A DNA stretch of 64,000 bases from NCBI GenBank assembly GCA_951406725.2, contig OX597843.1, forward strand, positions 434,001 through 498,000, given 5' to 3'. The position numbers and the translations under genes were made by a program. The notes under the pieces were generated by a model that ran no database searches, was not told the origin of the DNA, and saw nothing but the letters and a program-made list of their open reading frames with translations. Position 1 is the stretch's first letter, and every line of letters starts with the position of its first letter. Source of the stretch: Octopus vulgaris (Eukaryota). This document shows positions 41,067 through 53,929 of this stretch, in pieces.

Positions 41067-43560
41067 CAATTATTATTATTATTATTATTATTATTATCAA
41101 TTATTATTATCAATTATTATTATTATTATCAATTATTATCATTATTATTATTATTATTATTATACCAGTCAAATACTAGGCTTGATGGCATCGAATAACA
41201 TCTTCCCCCCTAACAAAAAATAAAATTGCTGGGCTTGCTCCAAAATTTAAAAATATCACCATCACCACCACCATCATCATCATCACCATTATTATTATTA
41301 TTATTGTTGTTGTTATTGTTCACGCTATCGGATACCGTGTATGGCTTGTATCACATTTTTCCATATTTCCATGTATTTCCATTCCTCTCTCTCTGTCTTT
41401 TATGTAAATTCCCCTCCCCACAAAATTCTTGCCTATTCTTACAATGTCCCCCTCATTTATGCCCCTGTGGCTAATAAAAAAATAATTATTATTATTATTA
41501 TTACTATTATTATTATTATCATCATCGTTATCGGCATTAGTCGTAGCAGTAGCAGCAGTAGTAGTTATAGTAGTAGTAGTAAAAATTTTTTTACTATCAT
41601 TAAACATTATTATTGTTGCTGTTAAATCCTTAAATCCTTAAAAATGTTTCAGCCCGAAGGCTGTGGCCATGCTGGGGCACCACTGTTGTTAAACATTATT
41701 GTTGTTGTTGTTGTGGTTGCTATTATTATTATTATTATTATCATTATTATCAAACGTTTATTATCGTCATCACATCTCCTCCGCCTCCTCGTCGTTCTTG
41801 TTATCAAAACAGCTTCATCAGACAGGCTTTGTTGTCACAGTCAAACATCAACATCATTTGTATCATCAAACATCATCATCATCGTCATCATCATCGCTAT
41901 AAACAACATCAACACCAGCATAAACATCATTATCATCATCACCGCCACCATCATCATCATCATCACTATCATGAGCATCAACACCATCATCACAATAAAC
42001 ATCAACATCATCGTCATTGTCACCATCATCATCACCAACATCACCATCATCATCTCCATCATCATCAGCATCACCATCATCATCTCCATCATCATCATCA
42101 TCATCTCCATCATCATCACCATCTCCATCATCATCACCATCTCCATCATCATCTCCATCATCATCATCATCATCTCCATCATCATCATCATCTCCATCAT
42201 CATCACCATCTCCATCATCATCACCATCTCCATCATCATCACTACCATCATCATCACCAACATCACCATCATCTCCATCATCATCATCACCGTCATCATC
42301 ATCATCACAGTCACCATCATCATCATCACCATTACCAACATCATCATCATCATCATCACCATCACCATCATCACCAACATCACCATCATCATCATCATCA
42401 TCACCATCATCACCAACATCATCATCATCATTATCACCAACATCACCATCATCATCACCAACATCACCACCATCACCATCATCATCACAATAAACATCAT
42501 CACCATCATCATCATCATCAGTATCCAACACTATCATCACAACCACAACAACAATCATCATTGTAAACACGACCATCATCAACATCATCATCACCAACAT
42601 CAACAACAACAACATTATTAAACGTCTAACCTCGACACAGGTGTAACAACCGTCTGTTTAGCTGAAACCAACGGAGCGGAACGGATGCAGCAGCAGCAGC
42701 AACAGTCACGGCAACGACCACAGCAGCAGCGACGTCGACTGCAATAACAGCAACATCTTTCTCATAGCACAGCGGCGGAAACTGTGGAGTGGCAGGCGGC
42801 GGGGAGAGGAGTGCGGAGGGGAGGAGGAGGCGGGGTGTTGGTGTCGGAGGTGGTGGTGGTGGAGTGGTGGTGGTGGTGGAAGTGGTGATGCGCTTCCTTC
42901 ACCATCGCAAAGAAGCTGCACACATCGCTCGCTCCGTCGTTGTCGTCGTCTTTCCGCTTGCTCTCAGTGTTTACTACTGCCATCTGCGAGAAACGCTTCA
43001 TCGAACGGACTCGGCTTGGCTCGACTTGCATCGCCTTGCCTTGCCGCTGCCGGCAAAGAGGAGGAGGAGGAAGAAGAAGGGGAGGAGGAGGAGGAAGAGA
43101 AAGTTGAAGGGGAAGGAGGAAGAAGAGGGATGAAGAAAGGAGGAGGAGGAGGAGTGATAGTGATGGTGGTGGTGGTGAGAGGAAGCTGCTGGGCAGAAGG
43201 AGGAGGAAGAAAAAGAAGAGGAGGAGGGAGAAGGGAAGGAGGAAGAAGAGGGATGAGGAAAGAGGAGAAGGAGGAGGAGGAGGAAGAAAAAGGAGAAGAG
43301 GAAGAAGGGGAATGAGGAAAGAGGAGGAGGAGGAAGAAAAAGAAGAGGGATGAGGAAAGGAGGGAGAAGGGAAGGAGGAAGAAGAAGGATGAGGAAAGAG
43401 GATGAGGAGGAAGAAAAAGAAGAGGAGGGAGAAGGGAAGGAGGAAGAAGAGGGATGAGGAAAGAGGAGGAGGAGGAGTGATAGTGATGATGGTGGTGGTG
43501 GTGGTGGGAGGAAGCTGCTGGGTAGGAGGAGGGGGAGGGGGAGGGGGAGGAGGAAGAATT
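37490..43560. repeat. Cluster of long simple-repeat fields: (GGT/GAT)n, (CA/TA)n, (ATT)n, (CAT)n, (GGA/GAA)n
   Basis: Direct reading; source of the long poly-V/T/H/I/G/D pseudo-ORFs. Confidence 0.9.
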
Positions 43561-43725
43561 CTGCCAGTGAAGTTCCGTTGACGACAGACACATGCAGTAA
43601 ATAAGGAAGGACCTGGGAAACGGATGGAAGCCGATTCCGATTGGTGGACAGTTGGCCACCCCGGCCCGGCAGCGGCGGCGGGTGTCGGAGTGGGGGTCAT
43701 GTGACCTGTTGTGACGTGTGTTGTT
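43560..43725. promoter_or_regulatory. CpG-rich promoter-like island
   Basis: Unique GC/CpG-rich sequence with ATTGG (CCAAT on the minus strand), GTCATGTGAC E-box and TGACGT half-CRE. Confidence 0.35.
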
Positions 43726-44424
43726 GGTGTGTCGTCATCATCGTCGTCGTAGTCGTTGTTGTTGTTGTTGATGTTTTAGCCACGGGGTCATCTCTGATCA
43801 AGCTGACCCGTGACCAAAGTCATTCCAGCTGAGGCCATCACCCCTGGTTTAAGTAGTGTAATGTAAAGAAATAGTGTGTGTGTGCGCGCGCGCGTTCATG
43901 TGTGTGTGTGTATGTGTGTATGTGTGTGTATGTGTGTGCATGTGTGTGTGTGTGCATGTGTGTGTGTGTGTGTGCATGTTTGTATGTGTGTGTGTGTGTG
44001 TGTGTGGCTTAAGGAAGATTTGGCTGCTATTACTAACATGTTTATGCTATTGTTGTTTAGCCCCAGGTCAGCCTCTTTCGAGTATAACTATGGTCAAAGA
44101 TGCTCCAGCTGTGACCATCTTGTCTTTTATTCAGACATAGTGTATCTAGGACTACAGTATCTAATGTGTTCTTCCTTGATGTTGTTGTTGTTTAACACCA
44201 GGTCAGTCCTGAACATCCAACAGACCTATGATCAAAGACGTGTGTGTATGTGTGTGCACAATTGCATATGCGTGTACATGTGCAACTGTGCATGTGTGTG
44301 TACTTGTGCAATTGTGTGTGTGTACATGTGTGTATGGATGTGTGTGTACCTTTCATTAATAAGTATCAGCAATAAAGAGCAAAAGAAAATAAACTTAAAC
44401 AAACAAAACAAAATAAATTTTTTT

Positions 44425-44838
44425 TTACTTGTTTCAGTCATTTGACTGCGGCCATGCTGGAGCACTGCCTTTAATCGAGCAACTCGACCCCGGGACTTAT
44501 TCTTTGTAAGCCCAGTACTTATTCTATCGGTCTCTTTTGCCGAACTGCTAAGTTACGAGGATGTAAACACACCAGTATCGGTTGTCAAGCAATGCTAGGG
44601 GGACAAACACAGACACACAAACACACACACATACATACATATGTGGTTGGTAAGCAAGCTACTTACCACACAGCCACTCCTACACCTATTTATATATACA
44701 TATATACGACAGGCTTCTTTCAGTTTCCGTCTACCAAATCCACTCACAAGGCATTGGGCGGCCCGGGGCTATAGCAGAAGACACTTGCCCAAGATGCCAC
44801 ACAGTGGGACTGAACCCGGAACCATGTGGTTGGTTAGC
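44425..44838 (-). mobile_element. SINE family A, rearranged (extra head piece inside the microsatellite)
   Basis: Homology to family A; head segment at about 44641-44686 is out of order. Confidence 0.85.
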
Positions 44839-45459
44839 ACTGTGTGTTTTAAAAACGAAGTCCCTTGAGATAATTGCTCAACACCAAGCTAACCAATACT
44901 CCCCAGTCAGTGTCACCACCAGAAATGCTACAAACCAGGATTTGGCTGTTTCCACTTGGACCCCCCCCCCCCTGCCGTAAACAACACCAACAGAATTAAA
45001 AGTTCACCAATTACAGTATAAAATTCTGAAACCTCACACCACAAAAAAACAAAAAACAAAAAAGCTGGGTTCAAAAGATCCATACGTAGATATGACCCCT
45101 TTTTTTTATTCCCATTACCCACATAACTCTCTCGAGATCCCTCCTCTTCCTTGACACCCCACACAAGAACAAGCACTTAATGAAGCTAACGAGAAGTAAT
45201 TTAAGCAGTTTTAATCTGTATATGATGATTGATGTATAATAGGGGTCGTTAATTGGGGATTAATGGGATAAACATGAAAAGGTAAGGAGACAGGGGTTAG
45301 ATTTAGGAGCCTCTTAGCCTGCTTTCTTTCTTTCCCATCAGGACCAGCTATGCAACCACATGAATCAAGATGAGAGAAGATGCATAGCAGTCACTCAAAC
45401 TGTTAAAAATATCAACCAAATCACCCTCAAATCACACCCATATTTTTTCCAAATACTAA

Positions 45460-46110
45460 GAGCACATTGGTTGATGTAATCCTAGATACACTAAGTCTGA
45501 ATAAAGGCCAGCCAGGATGGTTACATCTGGGACATCTTTGATCATTGGTTTCCTGAATCAGGACTGACCTGGGGTTAAACAGTAACAACAAGAGCGGTCA
45601 CATAAGACGATGTAGTCCTAGGTACACTATGTCTGAATAAAAGACATGATGGTCACGGATGGAACACCTTTGATCAATGGTTTACTGGATCAGGACTGAC
45701 CTGGGGCTAAACAGTAACAACAAGAGCAGTCACATAAGACGATGTAGTCCTAGGTACACTATGTCTGAATAAAAGGCATAATGGTCACACATGATCAGGA
45801 AAGACCTGGGGTTAAACAACAACAACAACAATACAAGGAAGGACACATTAGATAATGGACTCCCAGGTACACTATGTTTGTATGAAAGACATGATGATTA
45901 CAGCTGGAGCACCTTTGATCACAGGTCAGCCTGATCAGGACAGACCCGGGGTTAAATAATAATAACAATACAAGGCAGGGCACAATAGATAATGTACTCC
46001 TAGATAGACCATGTCTAAATAAAATTCAATATGATTAAAGAGGTTCCAGCCATGACCCTTCCATCTTTTATTCAGACAGTCAATCTGGGACCACACTATC
46101 CAGATGTGTT
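45460..46110. repeat. Tandem ~125-bp family J units, last unit inverted
   Basis: Repeated GTAGTCCTAGGTACACTATGTCTGAATAAAAG..GACCTGGGGTTAAACA. Confidence 0.75.
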
Positions 46111-47309
46111 CCTTCCTTATTTTAAGAGAGTAAGGTGTAACTTCTGGGAGATTTGGCTGCTATTTCTGGCATGTGGGGTACTTCATATGCTCACTCATCT
46201 TTTACTTGCTTCAGTCATTGGACTGTGCCCATGCTGGAGCACTACCTTCATGGGTTTAATCGAAGAAATTGACCCCAGGACCTAATTTCAAGTTTGGTTA
46301 CTTATTCTATTGGTGTCTTTTGCAGAACTGTTAAGTTATAGGGATGCAAACAAACCAACATCGATGTCAAGCAGTGGTGGGGAACAAACACAGTCACAAA
46401 GATACACATACACACACATGTATTCATACGATGGGCTTCTTTCAGTTTCCACGTACCAAATCCACTCTCAAGGCTTTGGTCTGCTTGAGGCTATGGAAGA
46501 CACGAGCCCAGCGTGCCACACAGTGGGACTGAACCTGGAACCATGTGGATAAGAAGCCAAGCTTCTTACCACCTAGCCATGCCTGCTGGTATTTAAACAA
46601 ACTAACATCAAGAAGAAAAAGGAAAAAAAGGGGGCAGGATCTATTGACCCCTTAAAAAGGTTTATCAAATTATAATAATGCTTTTTTGGTTTACTGCGTT
46701 TATCTGACCCCAGGTTAAACATAGTCCCCTTTTTTTAATAAAAAGGATTACATACAACCTGTTAAACTGGGATTTAGTAGTGATGGAGGAGGAGGTGAAG
46801 AGGGTAGAAGGGGTTACATCAAAAGCTTATCCTCTCCCTTCCTGTTTTCTTAAGGATCAAGATAAAGGGGGAACCAATTAAGATGAATGGGGGGGGGGGA
46901 GTTGGGGATGGGTAAGTGGTGGTTGTACTGGTGGATTGAAAGCCCTGTTCTATTTTCCCCCTCTTCTTTTCATTGTGATTAAGACAAAGGAGTTCGGGTG
47001 GGGATAAGGGGGTAAGGTAGGAATTTAGTTTTGGGGTCATTGAGGAAAAGGGACCAGATATTTTTCACATATCCCAACACAAATACATTCGCGCGCGTGC
47101 GCGCACACACACACACACACACACACTTGCATGAGTCAGTATACATACATACACACTATGTATGTAACCAGAAACCTGCATACACATGTATATATATGCT
47201 TGCACATACACATATACATGCACTCACACTCATACATGCCTCCACATGAATATACATACATGCACACAAACATATGTATGAATGTATGTGTATGTATATA
47301 TATATATAT

Positions 47310-47503
47310 ATCTTTTACTCTTTTACTTGTTTCAGTCATTTGACTGCGGCCATGCTGGAGTACCACCTTTAGGACTTATTCTTTGTAAACCTAGTACTTA
47401 TTCTATCAGTCTCTTTTGCTGAACTGCTAAGTTATGGGGACGTAAACACACCAGCATCGGTTGTCAAGCAATGCTAGGGGGACAAACAGACACACCAACA
47501 CAC

Positions 47504-47534
<31 letters not shown>

Positions 47535-47697
47535 CAACAGGCTTCTTTCAGTTTCCGTCTACCAAATTCATTCACAAGGCTTTGGTCGGCCCGAGGCTAT
47601 AGTAGAAGACACTTGCCCAAGGTGCCATGCAGTGGGACTGAACCTAGAACCATGTGGTTGGAAAGCAACCTTCTTACCACACAGCTACTCCTGCACC
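47310..47697 (-). mobile_element. SINE family A
   Basis: Reverse complement of family A. Confidence 0.88.
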
Positions 47698-47703
47698 TAT
47701 ATA

Positions 47704-47736
<33 letters not shown>

Positions 47737-47809
47737 TTTATTTAAAAGATGTTTACTCCGGTATATATATATATATATATATATATAGTCAAATTGTAAT
47801 AACTGAACA

Positions 47810-47940
47810 TTGAAAATAACAAGAGGACATGCAGATAGAATGTATCGGTTTGATATTCAGTAAAAAGAGAGAGTTTCTGACGTTTCAAGCATAGCTCTTT
47901 GTCAGAAAGAAAAACGGAATAGTCCAGCGAAGGCAAAAAT
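47810..47940 (-). mobile_element. Family H-related element with hammerhead motif
   Basis: Minus strand 47875-47909: CTTT-CTGACAA-A-GAGC-TAT-GCTT-GAAA-CGTC-AGAA. Confidence 0.55.
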
Positions 47941-48034
47941 ATCACCAATATATAAATACAGGGTTGGTCAAAAGTCACCTGACAGTAAATCAAAATTCTG
48001 TAAATACTTAATACTCAATTTTATTAGGATAATG

Positions 48035-48445
48035 AGCAGGCAGAATTGTTAGCATGCCGGGCGAAATGCTTAGAGGTATTTTATCTGCCGCTACGTTCTG
48101 AGTTCAAATTCCGGCAAGGTTGACTTTGCCTTTGATTCTTTCAGGGTCGATAAATTAAGTACCAGTTACGCACTGGGGTCGATATAATCGACTTAATCCA
48201 TTTGTCTGTCTTTGTTTGTCCTCTCTGTGTTTAGCCCCTTGTGGGTAGTAAAGAAATAGGCATTTCGTCTGCTGCTATGTTCTGAGTTCAAATTCCGCCG
48301 AGGTTGACTTTGCCTTTGATTCTTTCAGGGTCAATAAATTAAGTACCAGTTACGCACTGGGGTCGATGTAATCGACTTAATCCCTTTGTCTGTCCTTGTT
48401 TGTCCCCTCTATGTTTAGCCCCTTGTGGGCAATAAAGAGAAATAA
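48035..48445 (+). mobile_element. SINE family B with tandemly duplicated body
   Basis: Two successive GTTCTGAGTTCAAATTCCG..TTTAGCCCCTTGTGGG units. Confidence 0.82.
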
Positions 48446-49167
48446 GACAGATATAAGGTGAATGGACGCGCTTTATACACAAACAGATCAGACAGCCACA
48501 GGTAGAAAACCTTTTGTAATAGATTTGCTCAACCAGGGTCTGACCAAGGGTTAAACAACAGCAACAACAACAACAACAACCAACAGGAATTGACTAATGC
48601 CCAATCCACTCGGGTGGGGTGGGGGTTCTTTTCCCACCCCACTGTTTCTATCTAAAAACCCAAGGCACCACAATTCTTTGTCAGTATTTAGGGGAAACCC
48701 TGTTTTATTTTCTTTTGTGTTAGTGTGTGGTTTGGGGGTATCTGCGAAAGGGGTGGCTGAGTAGGGTGGAGATGCAAGAGGAGGTGGGGTGGAGTAGGGG
48801 TGGCCGTCTGGGTAGATTATAAAAGAAAGAAATGAGGAACATATGTTGGGACAGAGTGGGGTGGGTTGGTTACAAAGGGAGCTTGGAACTGACATCTGGT
48901 TTATATTGGTAGGGTAGTGATGGTGATGGTATGGGGTGGCGGTGGTGGTAGTGGTGATAAGTAGTAGTGGCGGCGGTGGTGGTAGTAGTAGTAGTATTAG
49001 TAGTAGTGGCAGCAGCAGTGGTAGAAGTAGTGATGGCAATGGAAGGGCTGATGTGGTGGTGGTGGTGGTGGCGGTAGTGGTAGTAGCTATGTGGGGGTGG
49101 GGATGTTGTGGTGATAATCATAGTGGAGTTGGTAGTGTTGGTGGAGGCCTTGTCCCTCCCCCAACCC

Positions 49168-49205
<38 letters not shown>

Positions 49206-50184
49206 TGGTGGTAGTTGTTGTATAGTGTGGTAGTGATGTTAAAAGTAATAGAGTAACATTGTTTGTAGTAGTAGTTGTTGTAGTAGCAGTTGTAGTAGTA
49301 GTAGCAGTGGTGGTGGTAGCGGGGGGGGAATGGCATCAGCAGCAGCAGTAGTAGTAGTAGTGTTGGTGGTAATGGTGGTACTAGTAATGGTGCTAGTAGT
49401 AGTAGTAGTAGCAGTGGTGGTGGTGGTGGTGATGATGGTGGTAGCGGTTATAGTAGTGGTGGTGGTGGTGGCGGTGGCAGTAGTTGCAGTATAGGTGGAG
49501 GTAGAAGTGATGGTGGCAGTTGTAGTAGTGGTGGTGGTGGTGGTGGTAGTAGTAGTGGTGGCAGCACGGTTGTAATAGTAGTGGTGGTGGTATTTGGTTG
49601 TGGTGGTAGTTTTGTGTATTGCCTATGCTGCCGCAGTGGTATGTGTGTGTGCGTGTGTTTCCTTGCAAAGTGTTGGGGGTAGTGTCAAATGTAGTAGTAG
49701 TGGTGGTGGTGGTGGTGGTCCTAGCGGCAGTGAAGGGATGCATAATATAGTGTCCTGTCTCATGCTGATGCGGAGACAAATCTTCAGGATAAGTCGCCAG
49801 TCTATCACAGATTAACACTCCCCTCCCCCCACTGGATGATCTAGTCGTACTATTCCCCCTCCTTTGTCACAGCCAGATGGGAACTGAGATCATTTAGAAT
49901 AGAATGTTCACTCACAAAAGCATTGTGATGAGAGAGGAAATCTCCTCAAGGATAGGCTGCTAGTCTACCACAAATTAACACTCTCCCAGATGATCTGGTA
50001 CCTATTATCTGTCCATCACTAGGACTAGATGTGAAATGAGGGAATGTACCCTGAGGAAAAGGGGATGAGATGCTGTGCACAGGAGGGGTATAAACAGGGT
50101 GGATGAATGCTGGGGTGGGGTTTAAAGTTTCTCTGTAGGTTAAGTGGAGCCAATTCTCAGTTCCTCACACATACACATATATGT

Positions 50185-50214
<30 letters not shown>

Positions 50215-50215
<1 letters not shown>

Positions 50216-50462
50216 GAGGTGTGTGGCTTAGTGGTTAGGGTGTCAGCATCATGATCGTAAGATTGTGGTTTCGATTCCTGGACCGGGCGACGCGTTGTGT
50301 TCTTGAGCAAAACACTTAATTCCACGTTGCTCCAGTCCACTCAGCTGGCAAAAATGAGTAACGCTGCGATGGACTGGCATCCCGTCCAGCTGGGGGGAAC
50401 ACATATGCCATAAAAACCGGGAAACCAGGCCCATGAGCCTGGCTAGGCTTTAAAAGGGCGAA
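50215..50462 (+). mobile_element. tRNA-derived SINE family E
   Basis: TGGCTTAGTGG A box, GGTTTCGATTCC B box, core-like region, then CTGCGATGGACTGGCATCCCGTCCAG (V-domain-like). Confidence 0.8.
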
Positions 50463-50525
50463 AAGAAAGAATATATATATATATATATATAGATATACTT
50501 TATTTAAAGCAGCAGAAAATTCAAC

Positions 50526-50572
50526 AAAACCTGTTACTCTGAGTTTCACGTTCCCGTTCGTCGGACAGTTTT
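50526..50572 (-). ncRNA. Type I hammerhead-ribozyme motif in (TA)n-embedded family I element (about 50493-50655)
   Basis: Minus strand AAAACTGT-CCGACGA-ACG-GGAA-CGT-GAA-ACTCAGAGT-A|ACAG-G-TTTT: three stems, GUA cleavage triplet, U4C core variant. Confidence 0.65.
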
Positions 50573-50652
50573 TTCTAGCAAAATAAAGCATATTACCACT
50601 GGTATTTGAGTACTCTTTTTTCCACCTTGTTTCACATTTATGTGTTTACTCC

Positions 50653-50697
<45 letters not shown>

Positions 50698-52105
50698 TCA
50701 GAAAAGGAAGTACTCACACACACACAAATTAAGTGTATGTATACACACACAAATAAATTTAAGCACAAGCATACACAGAAATTTAAGCATATATGCAGGC
50801 ATACACATACAAATACTCACACACACTCCCTCTCTTTCCTATACAGTCTCACACATGCACACACACTCGAATTTAAGCATACACAAGAATATAACAACAC
50901 ACGTACACACACACACACACATACATGTACATAGACACACCTACACTCATATATATATATATATATATACACACAACAACCAAACAAATATACACACACA
51001 CACATATATATATACACACACACAACCAAACAAATATATATACACACACACACACAAAATCTGAACACACATACACACACACAAACAAAGAAATTTAAGT
51101 ATACACACACTCACAGAAATTTAAGAACACACAGACACACACACACACAGAAATTTAAGAACATACACACACACACACACACAGAAATTTAAGAATACAC
51201 ACACAGAAATGTAAACACACACACACACACATACACACACAAACAAACACAAAGGAATTCAAACACACATACACACAAAGAAATTTAAGTATATACACAC
51301 ACACACAGAAATTTAAGAATACACACACAGAAATGTAAACACACACACACATACACAAAGGAATTCAAACACATATACACACAAAGAAATTTAAGTATAC
51401 ACACACAGAACTGTAAACACACACACAGAAATTCAAACACACATATACACAGAAATACATGAACACACACATCCATACATCCACCCCCTAATTATCTACA
51501 TTTGTAGACAGTTTAAAAAAAAAAACTCCCAAAGCCCAGCCCCTGGCCTGTTTTTCTATCAGCAAAACTAATTGGGGAGTTTGTAAACATAGAGGAGAGG
51601 GCAAGGGCTGCCTGCAAAGACCCTCTGCAACCCTCTCCCCCCACCCACCCGGTGTATGGCAGGGGTGGGGGATAATGAGCACGTAATGAGGTCCCTATAT
51701 ATTTATCATTCCCCCATTAATAATCTGTCTTGTTTGGTGGCGGTGGTGATGGTCGTGGTGGAGGAATGATTTGGGGGGTTTTGAAATTTCATATGTGTGT
51801 GTGCGGGGGGGGGGGGGGAAATTTCATATGTGTGTGGGTGTATTAGTGTCTGCATGTATGTGTGTATGTATGTGTGTATGAGTGTGGGTGTATGTCTGTG
51901 TGTGGGTGTGGGTGGGTGGGTATGTCAGTGTTTGGATGTGGGTGTGTACGTGTGTGTGTGTGTGTGTGCATGTGTACAGGTGTGTGGGTGTATCAGTGCG
52001 TGTATGTATGTGTGTGTGTTAATACATGTGTGTGTGTAGATGTTTCAGTGTATGGATGTGAGCATGTATGTGTGTTTGTGAACATGTGTGTGTGTGTGGG
52101 TGTAT

Positions 52106-52139
<34 letters not shown>

Positions 52140-52726
52140 ATGTATATGTATCAGTGTGTGTATGTGTGTCTGTGTGTAACAGTATATGTGTGTACGTAAC
52201 AGATGTGTGTATGTAATAGTGTGTGTGTGTGTAACAGTGTATGTGTATGTGTGTGTAACAGTATGTGTGAATGTCTGTGTGTGTATCAGTATGTATGTCT
52301 GTGTGTATGTGCAACAGTGTGTGTGTATGTGTGTGTAATGGTGTGTGTATATGTGTGCATGTAACAGTGTGTGTGTATGTCTGTGTGTGTAACAGTATGT
52401 GTGTATGTGTGTGAGTGTCTGTGCACATCAATATGTATAGATGCATGTATGCATGTTTGTGTGCATGTAGTAATGTGTGTATAACTTCACAATCTGCATG
52501 TGCATCGTTCTATGCATGTTTGGTTGCACGTGCATGTGCACATTATACACCAACGTGTATACACATGTGCATCAACTCATCATATGCATCCAAGAGATGA
52601 CTTCTATAGCCTCACGCCAACCAGAGCCTTGTGAGTGGATCTGGTGACCAGAAACTGAAAGAAGCCCATTGTGTGTGTGTATGTGTGTGTATATATATAT
52701 TTCCCTCCTTGTTTTTTTCTGTGTCC

Positions 52727-52762
52727 CTTTCTGTAGAAGAGCATAAGCTCGAAACGTAAAAG
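52727..52762 (+). ncRNA. Minimal type I hammerhead-ribozyme motif (array unit 1)
   Basis: CTTT-CTGTAGA-A-GAGC-ATAA-GCTC-GAAA-CGTA|AAAG; palindromic ACGT stem III, GUA triplet, A6U core variant. Confidence 0.65.
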
Positions 52763-53069
52763 ACTTTTTCTATTCCTGAGCGTTATACTAATACATCTGT
52801 TTGTTTTCTACACCACCTGTCTTCGTCTTTTGTTTTTTCCGTAAACTCTCCCTATATATATATATATATATATATATACATACATCCAGATATATATATA
52901 TTTTTCTCTCGTTTTTTCTGTGTCCCTTTCTGTAGAAGAGCGTTATACTAATACATCTGTTTTGTACACCACCTGTCTTCGTCTTTTGTTTTTTCCGTAA
53001 ACTCTCCCTATATATATATATACATACATACATATATATATATTTTTTTCTCTCGTTTTTTCTGTGCCC

Positions 53070-53105
53070 CTTTCTGTAGAAGAGCGTAGGCTCGAAACGT
53101 AAAAG
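53070..53105 (+). ncRNA. Minimal type I hammerhead-ribozyme motif (array unit 3)
   Basis: CTTT-CTGTAGA-A-GAGC-GTAG-GCTC-GAAA-CGTA|AAAG. Confidence 0.65.
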
Positions 53106-53193
53106 ACATTTTTCTATTCCTGAGCGTTATACTAATACATCTGTTTGTTTTCTACACCACCTGTCTTCGTCTTTTGTTTTTTCCGTAAACTCT

Positions 53194-53232
<39 letters not shown>

Positions 53233-53355
53233 CAGATATATATATATTTTTCTCTCGTTTTTTCTGTGTCCCTTTCTGTAGAAGAGCGTTATACTAATAC
53301 ATCTGTTTGTTTTGTACACCACCTGTCTTCGTCTTTTGTTTTTTCCGTAAACTCT

Positions 53356-53398
<43 letters not shown>

Positions 53399-53529
53399 CA
53401 TACATCCAGATATATATATATTTTTCTCTCGTTTTTTCTGTGTCCCTTTCTGTAGAAGAGCGTTATACTAATACATCTGTTTGTTTTGTACACCACCTGT
53501 CTTCGTCTTTTGTTTTTTCCGTAAACTCT

Positions 53530-53571
<42 letters not shown>

Positions 53572-53702
53572 CATACATCCAGATATATATATTTTTTTCT
53601 CTCGTTTTTTCTGTGTCCCTTTCTGTAGAAGAGCGTTATACTAATACATCTGTTTGTTTTGTACACCACCTGTCTTCGTCTTTTGTTTTTTCCGTAAACT
53701 CT

Positions 53703-53751
<49 letters not shown>

Positions 53752-53878
53752 CATCCAGATATATATATATTTTTCTCTCGTTTTTTCTGTGTCCCTTTCT
53801 GTAGAAGAGCGTTATACTAATACATCTGTTTGTTTTGTACACCACCTGTCTTCGTCTTTTGTTTTTTCCGTAAACTCT

Positions 53879-53929
<51 letters not shown>

